Part shown: positions 30,179 to 41,757 of the stretch, one piece after another | Numbering within the stretch: position 1 is the first letter of the stretch | Layout of the letters: every line of letters starts with the position of its first letter | Assembly (NCBI GenBank): GCA_025558095.1 | Contig: JAIVFI010000023.1 | Span: 496,001-560,000, forward strand | From: Hyaloraphidium curvatum SAG 235-1 | Taxonomy: Eukaryota; Fungi; Monoblepharomycota | DNA length: 64,000 nucleotides | Direction: 5' to 3' | The notes under the pieces: generated by a model | What the model was told of the DNA's origin: nothing | What the model saw: the letters and a program-made list of their open reading frames with translations, nothing else | Databases searched by the model: none | Made by a program: the position numbers and the translations under genes

Positions 30179-31724
30179 TCAAAAGTCCTTGATCGTGCAG
30201 ATGGTTTCCATCGTCACAAACACCCCGAGCCCGCGGAGCACGGACCACAGCCCAACCGTGAGCGTGACGACCGCGATGCCCAGGCTACGCAGCGCCCCAA
30301 AAGTGACAACGAAGCCCAGCACCCTCGCGCGGAACCGGTCCACGTCCGCGTAGATGCCAAGCACCGTGAGGTCGCCGTCCATGGCGCTCAGCATGGCAGC
30401 CGAGCCGGGGACGGCTACGGCACGCCGGCGGAGCTCGCCGAGCTCTCTCGCTGCGTCGAGGTATAGGGATCGCAGGGATTCTATCTGCGCGTTGGCAGCG
30501 GCAACGTTGATCAGGTCCACGCCGATGACGACGCTCAGGATGTAGGCGAAGACAACGAGGTAGATGGCAGGGATGCAGGAACAGGCAAAGACGTTGATGA
30601 CCGCCAGAAGAGCCGTCGCACCGGCAAGAATCGCGTGCGAAACCGACACGTTGTACGTGCGGATCCGAGTTCGCCACGCCAAGGTGTAGAGTAGGTGGAG
30701 GTCCATATACGGTGCTGCAGCCGATCCATTGGGATCGGTCCATATTCCGTTGCCGTCCACGGCACTGCGGTACCGCGCGAGCACGTCCGAAAGCGAAATG
30801 CTCATGGCGCGACGTCCGACGCGGCGCGAAAGCTCTAGCAGAGCTACGTTGGTGGAAAAGCGGACGAGTGAATAGATAACATGAAACAGAATAGCACAGA
30901 CGGCGAGGGCGGCGAAGGGAGCCGACCACGGAGTCGTCCACGTTCGCCACGAAATCCCCGGGGATGCAAGCGGCGTCCAAAAGTACGTAAATGATCCGAA
31001 CGTCGAGATGACAAACTTGTAGACGGCTTCGGCGATGCGCTGGATCCCAGCGCGCCGCGGAAGATTACCGGCGCAGCTCGACGCCGGACAGGGGCACAGT
31101 TCGTCGCCGGGCACGTGCTCGAGCAACTTGCTTTTCGTTGGACCGAGGATCCCCGAGGTCCTTTGGATCCAGCGGGCCAATCCGGCGGCGCCGTGATTCG
31201 AAAAGTCTCCCGCCGGCTTTCGCGGTGGTGCCTGGGGCCCCGGAACGGCCTTGGCCGCGGCGGGCGCGCGTCCGATGGAAAGAGACGACAGGTAACTGGC
31301 AAACAAGGTGATCCCGACCGTGGCGACGAAGAAATCCAAGGTGAGGGTCGCCGTTCCGACGGCCAGCTGCAGCGTACCGAAACGGCCGTCGTTGAACAAC
31401 CAAGGCACAGGCAGCAGCGCGACGAACGAGCAGAAGAGCACGACGCCGCGCAAAAGGGCGCGCCGGGCCAGAGGCTCCAGCGCGACCTGCAACTTGACCG
31501 ACAGGGCAAATGGCGGCGATTCGGAAGCCAGCGCCGCCGTGAAGGCGTCCAAGTCGAGCGGCGTGGCACCATCGTCGCGGAGGCTCGCGGGCAGGATCCG
31601 CCGGCGGCGCCGCACCGGACAGCGAGGGCTGCTGCAACGGCCGAGCTGGCAGCACGACCAGCCAATCTGCAGCGCTGAGCAGCGGCGCTGGACCGCCGGT
31701 GTCTTTGTCCCCTGGTGGGTCCAT
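30179..31724 (-). CDS. 7-TM protein, gustatory-receptor-like/DUF3537-like, paralog B; one N-terminal frame break (~31590-31620)
   Basis: Seven hydrophobic segments in one ~470-codon frame. The ATG-initiated N-terminus (LSAADWLVVLPARP, matching paralog A) is in a different frame. Confidence 0.7.
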
Positions 31725-31865
31725 TTCCGTGCCTTGGGAGACAGGGAGGAGAGACCCAAAGTCAGAGTTCACCGCGGACTCCACACACTGCGATTGCACC
31801 AATCCACCAAATCGATGATGCATTCAGTGTCGCGATAAGGATACGTTGATGTCGACAGACTATAG

Positions 31866-33909
31866 CTACTGTGCCATCCTCCCCAAATCCCCTCTCAATC
31901 CTTCGGCATCCGCGGCAACCGAGAAGACGAACCGATCCGGCCTGATGACGAGGAACCTCGCCCGCGCGGGCCTGCTCCCCGCAGCCCAGCTCCACCAGGC
32001 TGCAGGAGACAGCCACGACCACCATCCACGCGGCGCGAGCAGTCCCAGCTCGGCATGCACCCGCGCGGGATCGTAGCCTTCCTTAGCGGCGCCCGCGGGA
32101 AGCTGCTGGGGATCCTGCACCACCGGGAGCACGCCGTCCACGTTGGGATCAGGCCCGAGGGCCAGGCCCGCGACGGTGACCTCGGCTTGCTTCCAGTGCG
32201 GAGCCGAGGATGCGAGCGCGGCTCGGGCGTCCTCGATCGTCTTGCGCACGAAGCCCGCGTCCCCTTCCCCCTCGGCGAACACCGCCAGCACCACGAACCG
32301 CACCCTCTCCCCCTCCCCCGACAGGCCAAACAGCGCATCGTCCAGCCTCTCCGCCTTGCCGGCGCATGCCACCCAGACCTGCGGCACCATCCAACCACCT
32401 TTCCCGTCCACGAACCACCCCTTCCCCCCGGCGCCGATCCCCGGCGTGGCCGCGTTCCCGTCCTTGCCGTCGTACCGCGGCAGCGGCTTGAACCGCATGT
32501 GCTCCAGGAACTCCCCCGCGGGGGATACGAACCGCACTAAGGACGCGATCGCGGCGTCGCGGACCGCCGCCAGCAGCGGTTGGCGCAGGGTGAAGAAGGT
32601 GCCCATGGCCGCCGAGACGGCCATCATGGAGCGGGTGTGCGGGCCGCGCTCGGCGGCGTAGCTGTCGAGGAGGTCCGCGGGGGAGTCGGGGGTGGAGAGG
32701 GCGAGGGAGAGCTTCCATGCGAGGTTGAAGGCGTCGCGGATGCCAGAGTTCATGCCCTGGCCCACTGTTCGAAGGTCAGAAGACGTGCAATGCGACCGTT
32801 GCAAGAGACCCACTGAACGGGCCCATGGTGTGGGCAGCGTCGCCGGCAAGGAACAGGCGTCCGAACCTCCACTCCCTGGCGATGCGCATGTCGAACCTGT
32901 ACAGCTGGCTCCGCAGCACGTCCAGCGACGACCACGGGTACTCGAACTCCTCCCCCTTGTAGCGCAGCCTGAGCATCCCGTGGCGGTCCACGATTTGCTT
33001 GACGAGCTCGATCGAAGCTTCGGGGTACGGCACGTCGTCCGCCTTGTCGCCGAGCAGCTTGCGGGCTTCTTCGGCGTCGCCGGGGGGGATGAGCCATTCC
33101 CAGCGGTACTGTCGGTCCGAGGGCGGTCCGACGCGGGAGGCGATCGACGGGCGGGACGGGTCGCAGATGAAGCGGAACTCGGGGGGAAAGAAGAGGTCGT
33201 GCACTTCGGAGGGCGAGAGGGTGTGCGGCGAGTGAAGGAGGGGAAAGTCGGGCGGGGGCGGGCGCACGGTCACCGAGATGGTGATCCACGCCTCCGGGTA
33301 GCGGGCGCCTTCCATCTCGACAAGCCCCTTGAGCACCTGATTCCTCACGGTGCCGGTCTTTCCATCCGACCCGACGACGAACTTGCACCTGACGACGCGC
33401 TCCTCCGCATCCGGCGCATCCGTCGGCCTGAAGTAGACCCGGCAAGGGTGCTCTTCGCCCGCTGCACCGCCGTCCGAGAAGCCCTCGATGCGAGTCACCT
33501 GCTGGCCGCGGAGAAACGCCCCCTTCCCCCCCGCGCGCGCCGCGAACTCGTCCGCCAGGATCCTCTCCAGTATCGGCTGGTGGAAAAACTGCAGCGCCCC
33601 GTGCCCGTTTCCCAAATCGCGCGTCGACTTGAGCCTCAGGAACTCTGGTTCCCCCGGCGCCGCCCGCGCGTGGTACGTGACCGCCGCGGGCTCGTGGCAC
33701 GCGTTTGCCACGACGGTGTCGCGCAGCCCGAACGCCTGGTACAGCCGCATCGCCTCGTCGTCGAAGGAGAAGGCGCGGGGGACGGTGGGTATTTCGGCAT
33801 CGCGCTCCAGGACCAGCGTGCTCACGCCGTGCGACGCGAGGAACACGGCGAGGGTGGCGCCGACGGGGCCGCCGCCGACAATGACGACGTCGTAGGCCTC
33901 GGCGGACAT
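31866..33909 (-). CDS. FAD-dependent aromatic hydroxylase (MhpA/PheA family), 1 intron
   Basis: VVIVGGGPVG, PRAFSFDDEAMR, FVVGSDG, LAGDAAHTMGPF|xGQGMNSGIRDAFNLAWKL, C-terminal VIRPDRFV. Confidence 0.92.
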
Positions 33910-34110
33910 GGCTTTCAAGGCTTCGGGTGGGAGGAGACGCACCGAAGCGCTCAACACGACCATGCAACACAGCCAAGCGCGCCAATCGAGGTTCTTCCGC
34001 CGGCCACCAAAACGGACGTCCGACGTCCGACATGCGGCGGTGCCACATCCGTTACAACACCAATTTGATTGACACTACTCGGCACACGCGGCCGGATGCT
34101 TCGGTACCCT

Positions 34111-35436
34111 TTACAGGACCGACCTGACCTTGGCCAGGATCTGCTCCTGCTCCTCCAGGATGTTCCTCCTGATCTTGCCGTCCTTGCCCACCGTCAGGCG
34201 CGCGTTGGGGATGAACTTGGGGTCCGCGGGGTCGATCTCCTCCTCGTCGACTGCGATGCCCGCGGGGTCAGCATCCCGAAACTCGCGGCGGCAAGCCGCG
34301 GGGGACCCACGGAAGTCGGCCTCGCGCTTGAGCAGGTTGTGGAAGTAGGGCTGGAAGTTGAGCCACCCCGCGAACCTGGACCCGACCACCTCGCGCGTGA
34401 CGCACGCGGTGTGGTGGTCCAGCTTGATGGTGGAGCCGCCGGCCTCGGCGAGGATCTGGCTCTGGGCGCAGTTCTCGGCCGACATGAACCACCTCCCCGC
34501 GGCGTCAGCCGCGGCCGCAATCGACAACGGGGCGGCCGACCCACCAGACCATCTCGTCCACGGTCTCGCCGACGGTCAGCAGCCCGTGGTTCTGCAGGAT
34601 CGCGAGGTTGCAGTCCTTGCCCAGCGTCTTTGCGATCTGCTTCCCCTCGTTCGAGTCCAGCACCACGCCGTCGTACTGGTTGTGCAGCCGCTGGCGCTCG
34701 TAGAAGGCGCACGCGTCCTGCGAGATGGGGTCGATGGTCCTGCCCTGCGCGGAGAGGGTCTTGCCGTACATGCTGTGCGTGTGGACGATGGCGTTGACGC
34801 GCTCGAGAGAGGCGTAGATGCCGGCGTCTGGGGTGGGGGTTAGGTTACGGAGGGGGGGAGGCGGCGGGGGGGGACGTACGGATGGCGAACCCGGCCGAGT
34901 TGATGGGCCTCGACCCGTGGATCACCTCGCCCGACTGGTTGAGCAGGCAGAGAGATCCTACAGTGATGTCGGTGAAGTGAAGCGCGAACGGGTTGATCCA
35001 GAAGCAGTCCGTGAACTCCGGGTCCCTCGCGCTCATGTGCCCCGCGACCCCCACGTCCATCCCCGCGTGCCCCAGGACCCTCAGGCCGGCCGCCAGGCGC
35101 TGCTTGATGTGCAGGCGCTTGTCCTCCACCGTGGGGAAGAACCGCGCGGGCTCGTCCCACGGGTACTGCAGCTGCTCCTTGAGGAGGGTGGCCTGGTCGG
35201 TGGCGCTGCGGGAGACGTAGCCCGGGTTGGCCTGTGCGCGGGGTGGGGGGAAAGTGCCGGAAGAAGCGAGGGGAGGGGCGTGGGTGCGGGCAGGCGGCGG
35301 GAAGCGGGCGTGGGAGAGGTGCCGGTGCGGAAAGGGGAAGGTGTCGGCCCGTGCCCGGGGGAGCAACGGCGGCCGGGCGAGCGGGACGGACCTTCTTCCG
35401 GGCGGCTTCGGGGAGGTGGCCGCCGTGCTTCTTCAT
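34111..35436 (-). CDS. Class II aldolase/adducin-domain protein, ~4 introns
   Basis: GVAGHMSARDP, FWINPF, NSAGFAIH, IVHTHSMYG, ILQNHGLLTVG. Confidence 0.9.
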
Positions 35437-36235
35437 GGCTGCGGGCGCTCGAGGGGCGTGGGGGGCAGTCTCTTAGGTTGGAAGCGTGCCTGGAAAAATA
35501 GCCGGGCGCCGGTGGCGGAGGAGAGATACCCAGGACAGGAGAGAGCGGCCACAGTTCCCGGCGGACTTACGCGGCAAGAATTGCTGGGCAGCTAGTATGG
35601 AGCGTAATCCGCTTTCGTTGGACGGGATTCGCGCTGGCCGACGGTCCGACCTTCCTTATCACGCCTGAAGGCCGCAGTCCTTCCTCACTCGGCGACTCTG
35701 CATTGCGGTTTCCATCCGGACGCTCCAAGAACGGCGTATCTTCGAGGTAGTGGCCTTACCGAAGCGTCCTACCCTACGGATGTCAACTGGGGATAGCAGG
35801 GTTACATGACGAGGATCCGCGATGACTCAACGGCGCGCGGGTCCCTGTCCCCAACCCTTCCTCCGTCCCCGATCCCCGGGCCTCCGGCGCGGCAAAACGG
35901 CCCGGCCGGTGCGGTAGCTGCTGTTCGGTGATCAGACGAGGCGACCGGCGCCCCGCCCGGCTATTGAGGCGCCGGCCAGGCGAGGGCCCTTGCCCTGGTC
36001 CGGCTAGGGACCTCCCCCACTCCTCCAGCGATTGGAGGTGAAGCGGGGCCTCGGACGCGCCGCGGCCACCGGGACGTTGGCATTGGAGGCGGCATCCGCC
36101 GATCCCCGGCACGACCGGCCCCGGCGGCGTTGGTGACCTGGCACAGCCCGTGTCGTCAACGCGGGGGCATTTTGGTGCGGGGCTGAAGGAGGACGCGATC
36201 CCTCTCCCTCTGCCCGCCCCCGCGACACCGCGGGC

Positions 36236-39232
36236 ATGGCGGCCGCGCCCGGGTCGCCGCAGATGGCGCCGCTCGGCGCGGGGTTCGCGGGGCTGCACGT
36301 GTCGGGGCCGCCGACGCCGCCCGGGGAGGGGCACGCGGGGGGGCCGCCCGCCCTCGCCCCGCCGCCCCCGCAGTTCGGCGCCGCGTCGATGCCCGCCGGC
36401 AACGCCGCCGCCATCGCGCAGATGGCCGCCGCGCGCATCGCCGCGCAGCAGGCGCAGAACGCGCAGAACGCCGCCGCCCCGCCCGCAGCCGCCGCGCAGA
36501 GGCACCAGCAGGCAATCAAGGACCGCATCCTGCAGGAGGTGCTCACAGGCAGCGCAAACAAGGCCGCCATGGGCGCCGCAGCCGCCGCAGTGGCGCAGGG
36601 CGACGCCGGGCCCAACCTGCAGCACCGCGTGTTCTCCACGCCCGGCCAGCTGCAGCCGTCGCTCAAGAAGAACCAGAACGAGATGGTCGGCAACTGGGTC
36701 CTGGGCAAGGTGGGATGCCATGCCCGCGCACGGCCGGGGCTCGCTTCTGACGGCGATTTCCCCCCCGGGACGCAGACCATCGGCCGCGGCTCCTTCGCCG
36801 AGGTCCGCCTCGCCCGCAACATAAAGACCGCCACGCCCGCGCAGCTCGGCAACCCGTCCGCGCCCTACACCGCCGTCGTCAAGATCACCAACCTGCTGCA
36901 GCTCCACGACCCGCAGATCCAGCGCGTGCAGCTGCAGCGCGAGATCGCCACCCTCATGGAGCTCGGGGACCACCCGCACATCGTCAAGGGTGATTGGATG
37001 GCGTGTGCCGGGGTGTTGGCCTTTCTGACGCGTACTCCCCCTCCCCCGCTTGCTTTGCGCCGCCGCCGTTCGCCTCGTGCCGCTTCGGACGTTCTCGCTG
37101 CGCTCGCCTGCTCGCTGCCGCCCGCGCAGTCCTCGACGTCATGCAGTCCCCCTCCCGCACCTACCTCTTCCTCGAATACGTCGACGGCATGGAGCTCTAC
37201 GACTTCCTCAAGGGCCAGCCCAGCGGCCACGTGCCCGAGGACATCGTGCGCCTCGTCACGTGGCAGCTCCTGGGCGCGCTCGAGTACATGGCGGGCAAGA
37301 ACGTTCTGCACAGGGACATCAAGCTGGACAACGTGCTGCTGAACAAGAAGGGGGACGTCAAGATCATCGACTTTAACCTGGCGACGTTCGTGGAGAAGGG
37401 GAAGACGAACCTGACCGAGGCCGTCGGCTGCGTGGTAAGCATCGTTGGCGGTGCCCGGGCAACAACTTGTGGCTCACCGCGACCGATTGGCAGCACTATG
37501 CCGCGCCGACGATCCTCGCGTGCGCCATCACCAAGCAGCCGTACGCCGACGAAGGCGGCTGGCCGGACGTATGGTCGCTCGGCGTCGCCGTGGGTCCCTC
37601 GCTTGCCGCCGGACCGAACCGACTTGACGGCCACCCCGTCGTCAGATCTTTTCCCTCCTCCAGGGCGTCTTCCCCTTCCGCTCCACCAACGCCCTGCGGC
37701 TCCTCCAGGAGATCAAGGCCATGGCCGATTCTGGCGGCCTCCTCTACCCCGTCCCCCTCTCCCGCCCCTGCCGCGACTTTGTCTCGACGATGCTGAACCC
37801 GCGCGCCCGCCCCACCGCATCCGACATGATGCGCCATCCCTGGATGGCGGGCCTCTCCAAGGCCCCCGAACCCGCGCCGCCCTCCCCGGCGCTGCAGCCC
37901 GTCCCCACCCCGGCACCGCAGCCCGCCGCGCAGCCTGCAGAGTTCAAGCGCCCCGCGCTCCTCCGGCCCTCCCTCGGCGGCCGCACCGCGACGTCGAGCG
38001 CGGTGCCCACGCTCGCCTCGTTCAAGAACCAGCCGCAGCCCGCCGGCCCCGCGCAGGTGCAGCCCTCTGCGGACGCCCGCATCGCCTACGCCACGGGCCA
38101 GGCGCAGGCCGCGCAGCCGCAGAACGGCGGCTACCCGACCGCCCCGGGCGCCGTCCGCCCCAGGCTGCAGCCGCGGGCAAACACCTCCTCCGCCGTGCCG
38201 ACCCTGCGCACCTTTGCCGCCAACGCGGGCGAGTTCAACGACCCCGCGGACGGGACCATCGCCGCCGAGGCGGAGCAGCGCCGCGCCGCGGCGCAGGGGC
38301 TCCCCGCGCCGCCGCCGCAGCAGCAGCAGCAGCAGTACTCGCTCGTGCGGCAGCAGTACGGCACCGTGGACCGGCCGCAGCTGGGGCAGAGGGCAAACAC
38401 GACGAGCAACGTGCCCACGGTGGCGGGGTACGGCGCGCGGGGCAACACGGCGCGCATGTCGGGCGGGATCACGGCGATGGACCTCGTCGCGCCGTCAAAG
38501 AGGCCGTCGGGGAGCCTGGCGATGGACGTGGCGCCCGCGCAGGCGCAGGCGGCGGTGATCGGGGTCGTGCCCGCCCCCGGGGCGCCGTCGCCCGCGGGCG
38601 TGCCGGGGCAGCAGGGGGGGAACAGGATGGCGGTGGACTTCCTCGTCGGCGCAGAGGCGCAGCGCGCCTACGGCGCCCCGAACCCCGAGATCGCCGTGTT
38701 CCCCCCCGGCGGCTCCTTCAACCCCACGCACCGCCCCCCCGCCCCCGCGCCGCACCCGGTCTCGTTCCAGCCCGTCCCGCACCCGCAGAGCAAGCAGCCC
38801 CTGCACCTGCAGCCCCCGCGCCCGCAGCTCCAGCCGCGGAGCATCAGCAGCAACGCCGTGCCCACCCTGCGCAGCTTCCTGGCCAAGGCGTCCGCGGCGG
38901 CGCTCGACACGGACAGCATGGACACGTCGTCGGCGACGGATTCGGACTCGGAGGTGGCCGGGGACGAGGCGCCCGCCCCCGCGCAGAGGCCCAACCCGCT
39001 CAGGAGGAGCAACACCACCTACGCGGCGGCCCCCGCGGCGAGGCGCGACGAGTTCTTCTACTCGCAGCCGCCCGCGCGCAACGATTCGGGGTACGGGGCG
39101 AGCAACGGGTCGCTGCCCAAGGGGGGGTACGGGTTCCCGCCGCAGGCGCCCGCGCAGGGGCAGCCGCCCGCGCAGGAGGGGCAGCAGCAGCGGCCGGGGA
39201 CGCCGGGGTCGGAGGATATGATGGAGTTCTGA
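36236..39232 (+). CDS. CAMK-group Ser/Thr kinase with atypical motifs and a long disordered tail, 4 introns
   Basis: TIGRGSFAEV, AVVK, REIATL, HPHIV, HRDIKLDN, KIIDFN, YAAPT, DVWSLG, HPWM. Confidence 0.9.
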
Positions 39233-39418
39233 GGGTGTATACTAGGAGAGTAACTTGCGGAATGATTATGCGCGTGGAACGCGAAAGGAGGGGTTGCGAA
39301 AGAGTGGCGCTTCTATCCTGGCCCGTCGAGTCCAGCAGTATCACACGAAGATCAGCACGTGCCCTACGTTGCCCTCCAGCGTCTCCATGTCTTTGCGTCC
39401 GCGCGTCCGATTGGGTGC

Positions 39419-39844
39419 TCACACCTCCTTCGCGGCCTCGACCGCGGCCCCCGTCGCCGCGACCAGCGCGTGGAACTGCGCTTCGGTCAGGCTGATCCCC
39501 TTCTTCCCCGGCATCTCGTTGCCCGACGCCTTGTCCTGGTAGTACTTTGGCCGGGGGTCAGCGGCATCGGGGGCCAGCGCCGGCGGCGGTCGGACCTCGC
39601 GGATGTCGAACAGGAGCGTCCCTTTGTACCTCCGCACGGAAAGCCGCTTGCGGTCTCCGAGCGAGAAGTACGCGCCGTCCGCGTCCTTCTTGGGCGTCGG
39701 CGTCGCGCTCCCCGGCTTGGGTTCGGCCGACTCGGACTTTGCGCGCGCCTTTTTCGGGGGCGGCGCCTCGTCGGCCTCGGGGTCCTCGTCGTCGGGCTCG
39801 GGAGACTCGGCTTTGGCGCGCTTCGGCGGGATTTTGGGGGCCAT
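39419..39844 (-). CDS. SUB1: PC4/Sub1 transcriptional coactivator (ssDNA-binding), 1 intron
   Basis: FSLGDRKRLSVRRYKGTLLFDIRE|YYQDKASGNEMPGKKGISLTEAQF. Confidence 0.93.
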   Translation of the reverse strand: MAPKIPPKRAKAESPEPDDEDPEADEAPPPKKARAKSESAEPKPGSATPTPKKDADGAYFSLGDRKRLSVRRYKGTLLFDIREVRPPPALAPDAADPRPKYYQDKASGNEMPGKKGISLTEAQFHALVAATGAAVEAAKEV

Positions 39845-40384
39845 CGCGGGTGGAGAACGCGTTGCTGGCGAAGGGGTCGCGCGTCCCGGCAGGACGCGGG
39901 CTGATCTCCTGTCCGGCGTCAAGGCCGGAAAAAGGATCGACCAAAGATATGGATGCAGACGACGAAGGGCAGAACATCTGACACGCGTTTGATGCCGTCA
40001 ACTTCAACTCGGGATTGGACCAAGCCACACTTCGGCATCCCAATCCGAGCGAACAACAGCGAACAGCGGCGATCAAGCCCTCCTACCACCAGCTACATGA
40101 TTGATCAACGCTACCTTCTAGCACACGTGGATAGCTTGCCGGAGGGACGCGTCGCGAATCCAGTGGGCGATCTTGCATGACTTCGGGCCGCCGCAGCTTG
40201 GCTGATTCTGGGCGTCGTGGCAACCTTCAAAGCAGAGCTGCGTTGCTGAGCGTTGACCTACTGTCTACAATGATAACGCCGAGCCGTTGATGAACGACAA
40301 ACATTGGATCTTTCGATCGAATCCCCGACGTCTCCCGCACCAGCCTCAACTGCCACATCCCTCACACCGACTCGACTTGCAACG

Positions 40385-41181
40385 ATGTCGGACGAGTTCA
40401 AGGCTCCCGCGCGCCAGGTTGTCGATGACACCGACGAGTTCATGAAGGAGTTTGCCAAGACCGTGGCGGGGAAGCCGGCGGCGAAACCCGCACCTGACGC
40501 TGGAGCACTTCCCCCCGGGGTCGGCCAGCCCCGCCAGGTCGTCGACGACACCGAGCAGTTCATGAAGGACTTTGCCCGGACCGCCGGCGGGAGGCCCGCT
40601 GCCCCTGCCGCTGCCCCAGCCGAGCCTCTTCCCGCTGGCGTGGGCCAACCGCGCCAGGTCAAGGACGACACTGAGGAGTTCTTGAGGTGACCGGACGCCA
40701 TGCAACCCGTGGGGACCATCGTTTACGCCGTCCAATACGCAGGGAGATTGGCCGCTTCACCGGCAGCAAACCCGTCTCGGCCGCCGCCGCGCCCGCCCAA
40801 ACCCCCGAAGAGCAGGAAGCGTTTCTCCGCCAGCTGGCCAAGGAGACCGGCGTGCGGGTGTCGCTCCCCACCGCCGGGGCCGAGGTGCCCAAGGCCGCCG
40901 AGCCGGCAAAGCACGGCGCGCTGGACGGGCTGCTGGGCAAGTTCAAGCACTCGGGGCCCGTGACGGACGCGTCCGAGCTGGGTCTGTCGGGGGCCAAGGC
41001 AGCTCAGGCGGCGCCGATCGGCGCCGAGGCGGGGCACGCCGCCGCTCCGGCCACTCAGGCCAAAGCGCCCGCGGCAAAAGAGCACAAGGGGCTCTTCGGA
41101 GGCATGTTCAGTGGGTCGTCGCACGTCGCGGACGACCCGGCGAAGCTCCTTGCCGAGGCAAGGCGCGGCGGCGCGAGCTGA
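40385..41181 (+). CDS. Hypothetical repeat protein (RQVxDDTxxFMxxF repeats), 1 intron
   Basis: Three clear repeats; the third is completed across the intron starting at 40687. Ala/Pro/Gly-rich. Confidence 0.75.
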
Positions 41182-41757
41182 GGGTGCCTGCGGGGTGTCG
41201 GATGGATGGATTCGGTCGTCGACGGGGAAAACATGTGGGCGATGTTATGGGAAATCGTTGAGGAGCGGTGTGTAATGGAGCAATGTTAATAGGTATCAGC
41301 GTGCTTCGCTTCGGGCTTTGTGGAGACTTCATTTCTGCCTAAGCAATCGTGAAGATGTGTCTACAATCTAGTGAATCAGCCCGATTAGGTTTTCCGCCCA
41401 GGCGGAAGACTTCGCGCCAACAGTGTTGGCGGTGGTGCAGCACGCGCCGCGTGTACGACGTTCATCACAGCGGTCCGCGGGCCGAATCCAGCAGGAAAGG
41501 GTGCGGAGAAAACGGCAACACTTCTCGGCCCTTTGGCAGCTACAATTGCTGAAATTGGCGCTTTTGGGATCGAGGACGGCTCGACTCTCTGGTCGTGGTG
41601 TCCCCAGGCGCTGCTCCTTTTGCCGACCGCAGCCGCACGCCGCACGCCGCTGTGGTGGACGGCCAGCCCAACAGTCGTCCTCGCAGCCGACCAATCCTCA
41701 AACATCACGCGCCGTGATTTGGACTAGCCGGCGCAGGTGTGGCACACCCGAGACAGA

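Noticed and set aside
30179-31724. GPCR or microbial rhodopsin
   Set aside because: Basic loops imply N-in topology; no DRY/NPxxY motif and no retinal-binding Lys in TM7.
16415-35436. Secondary-metabolite gene cluster
   Set aside because: Tailoring-type enzymes are scattered among unrelated genes and there is no PKS, NRPS or terpene synthase in the window.
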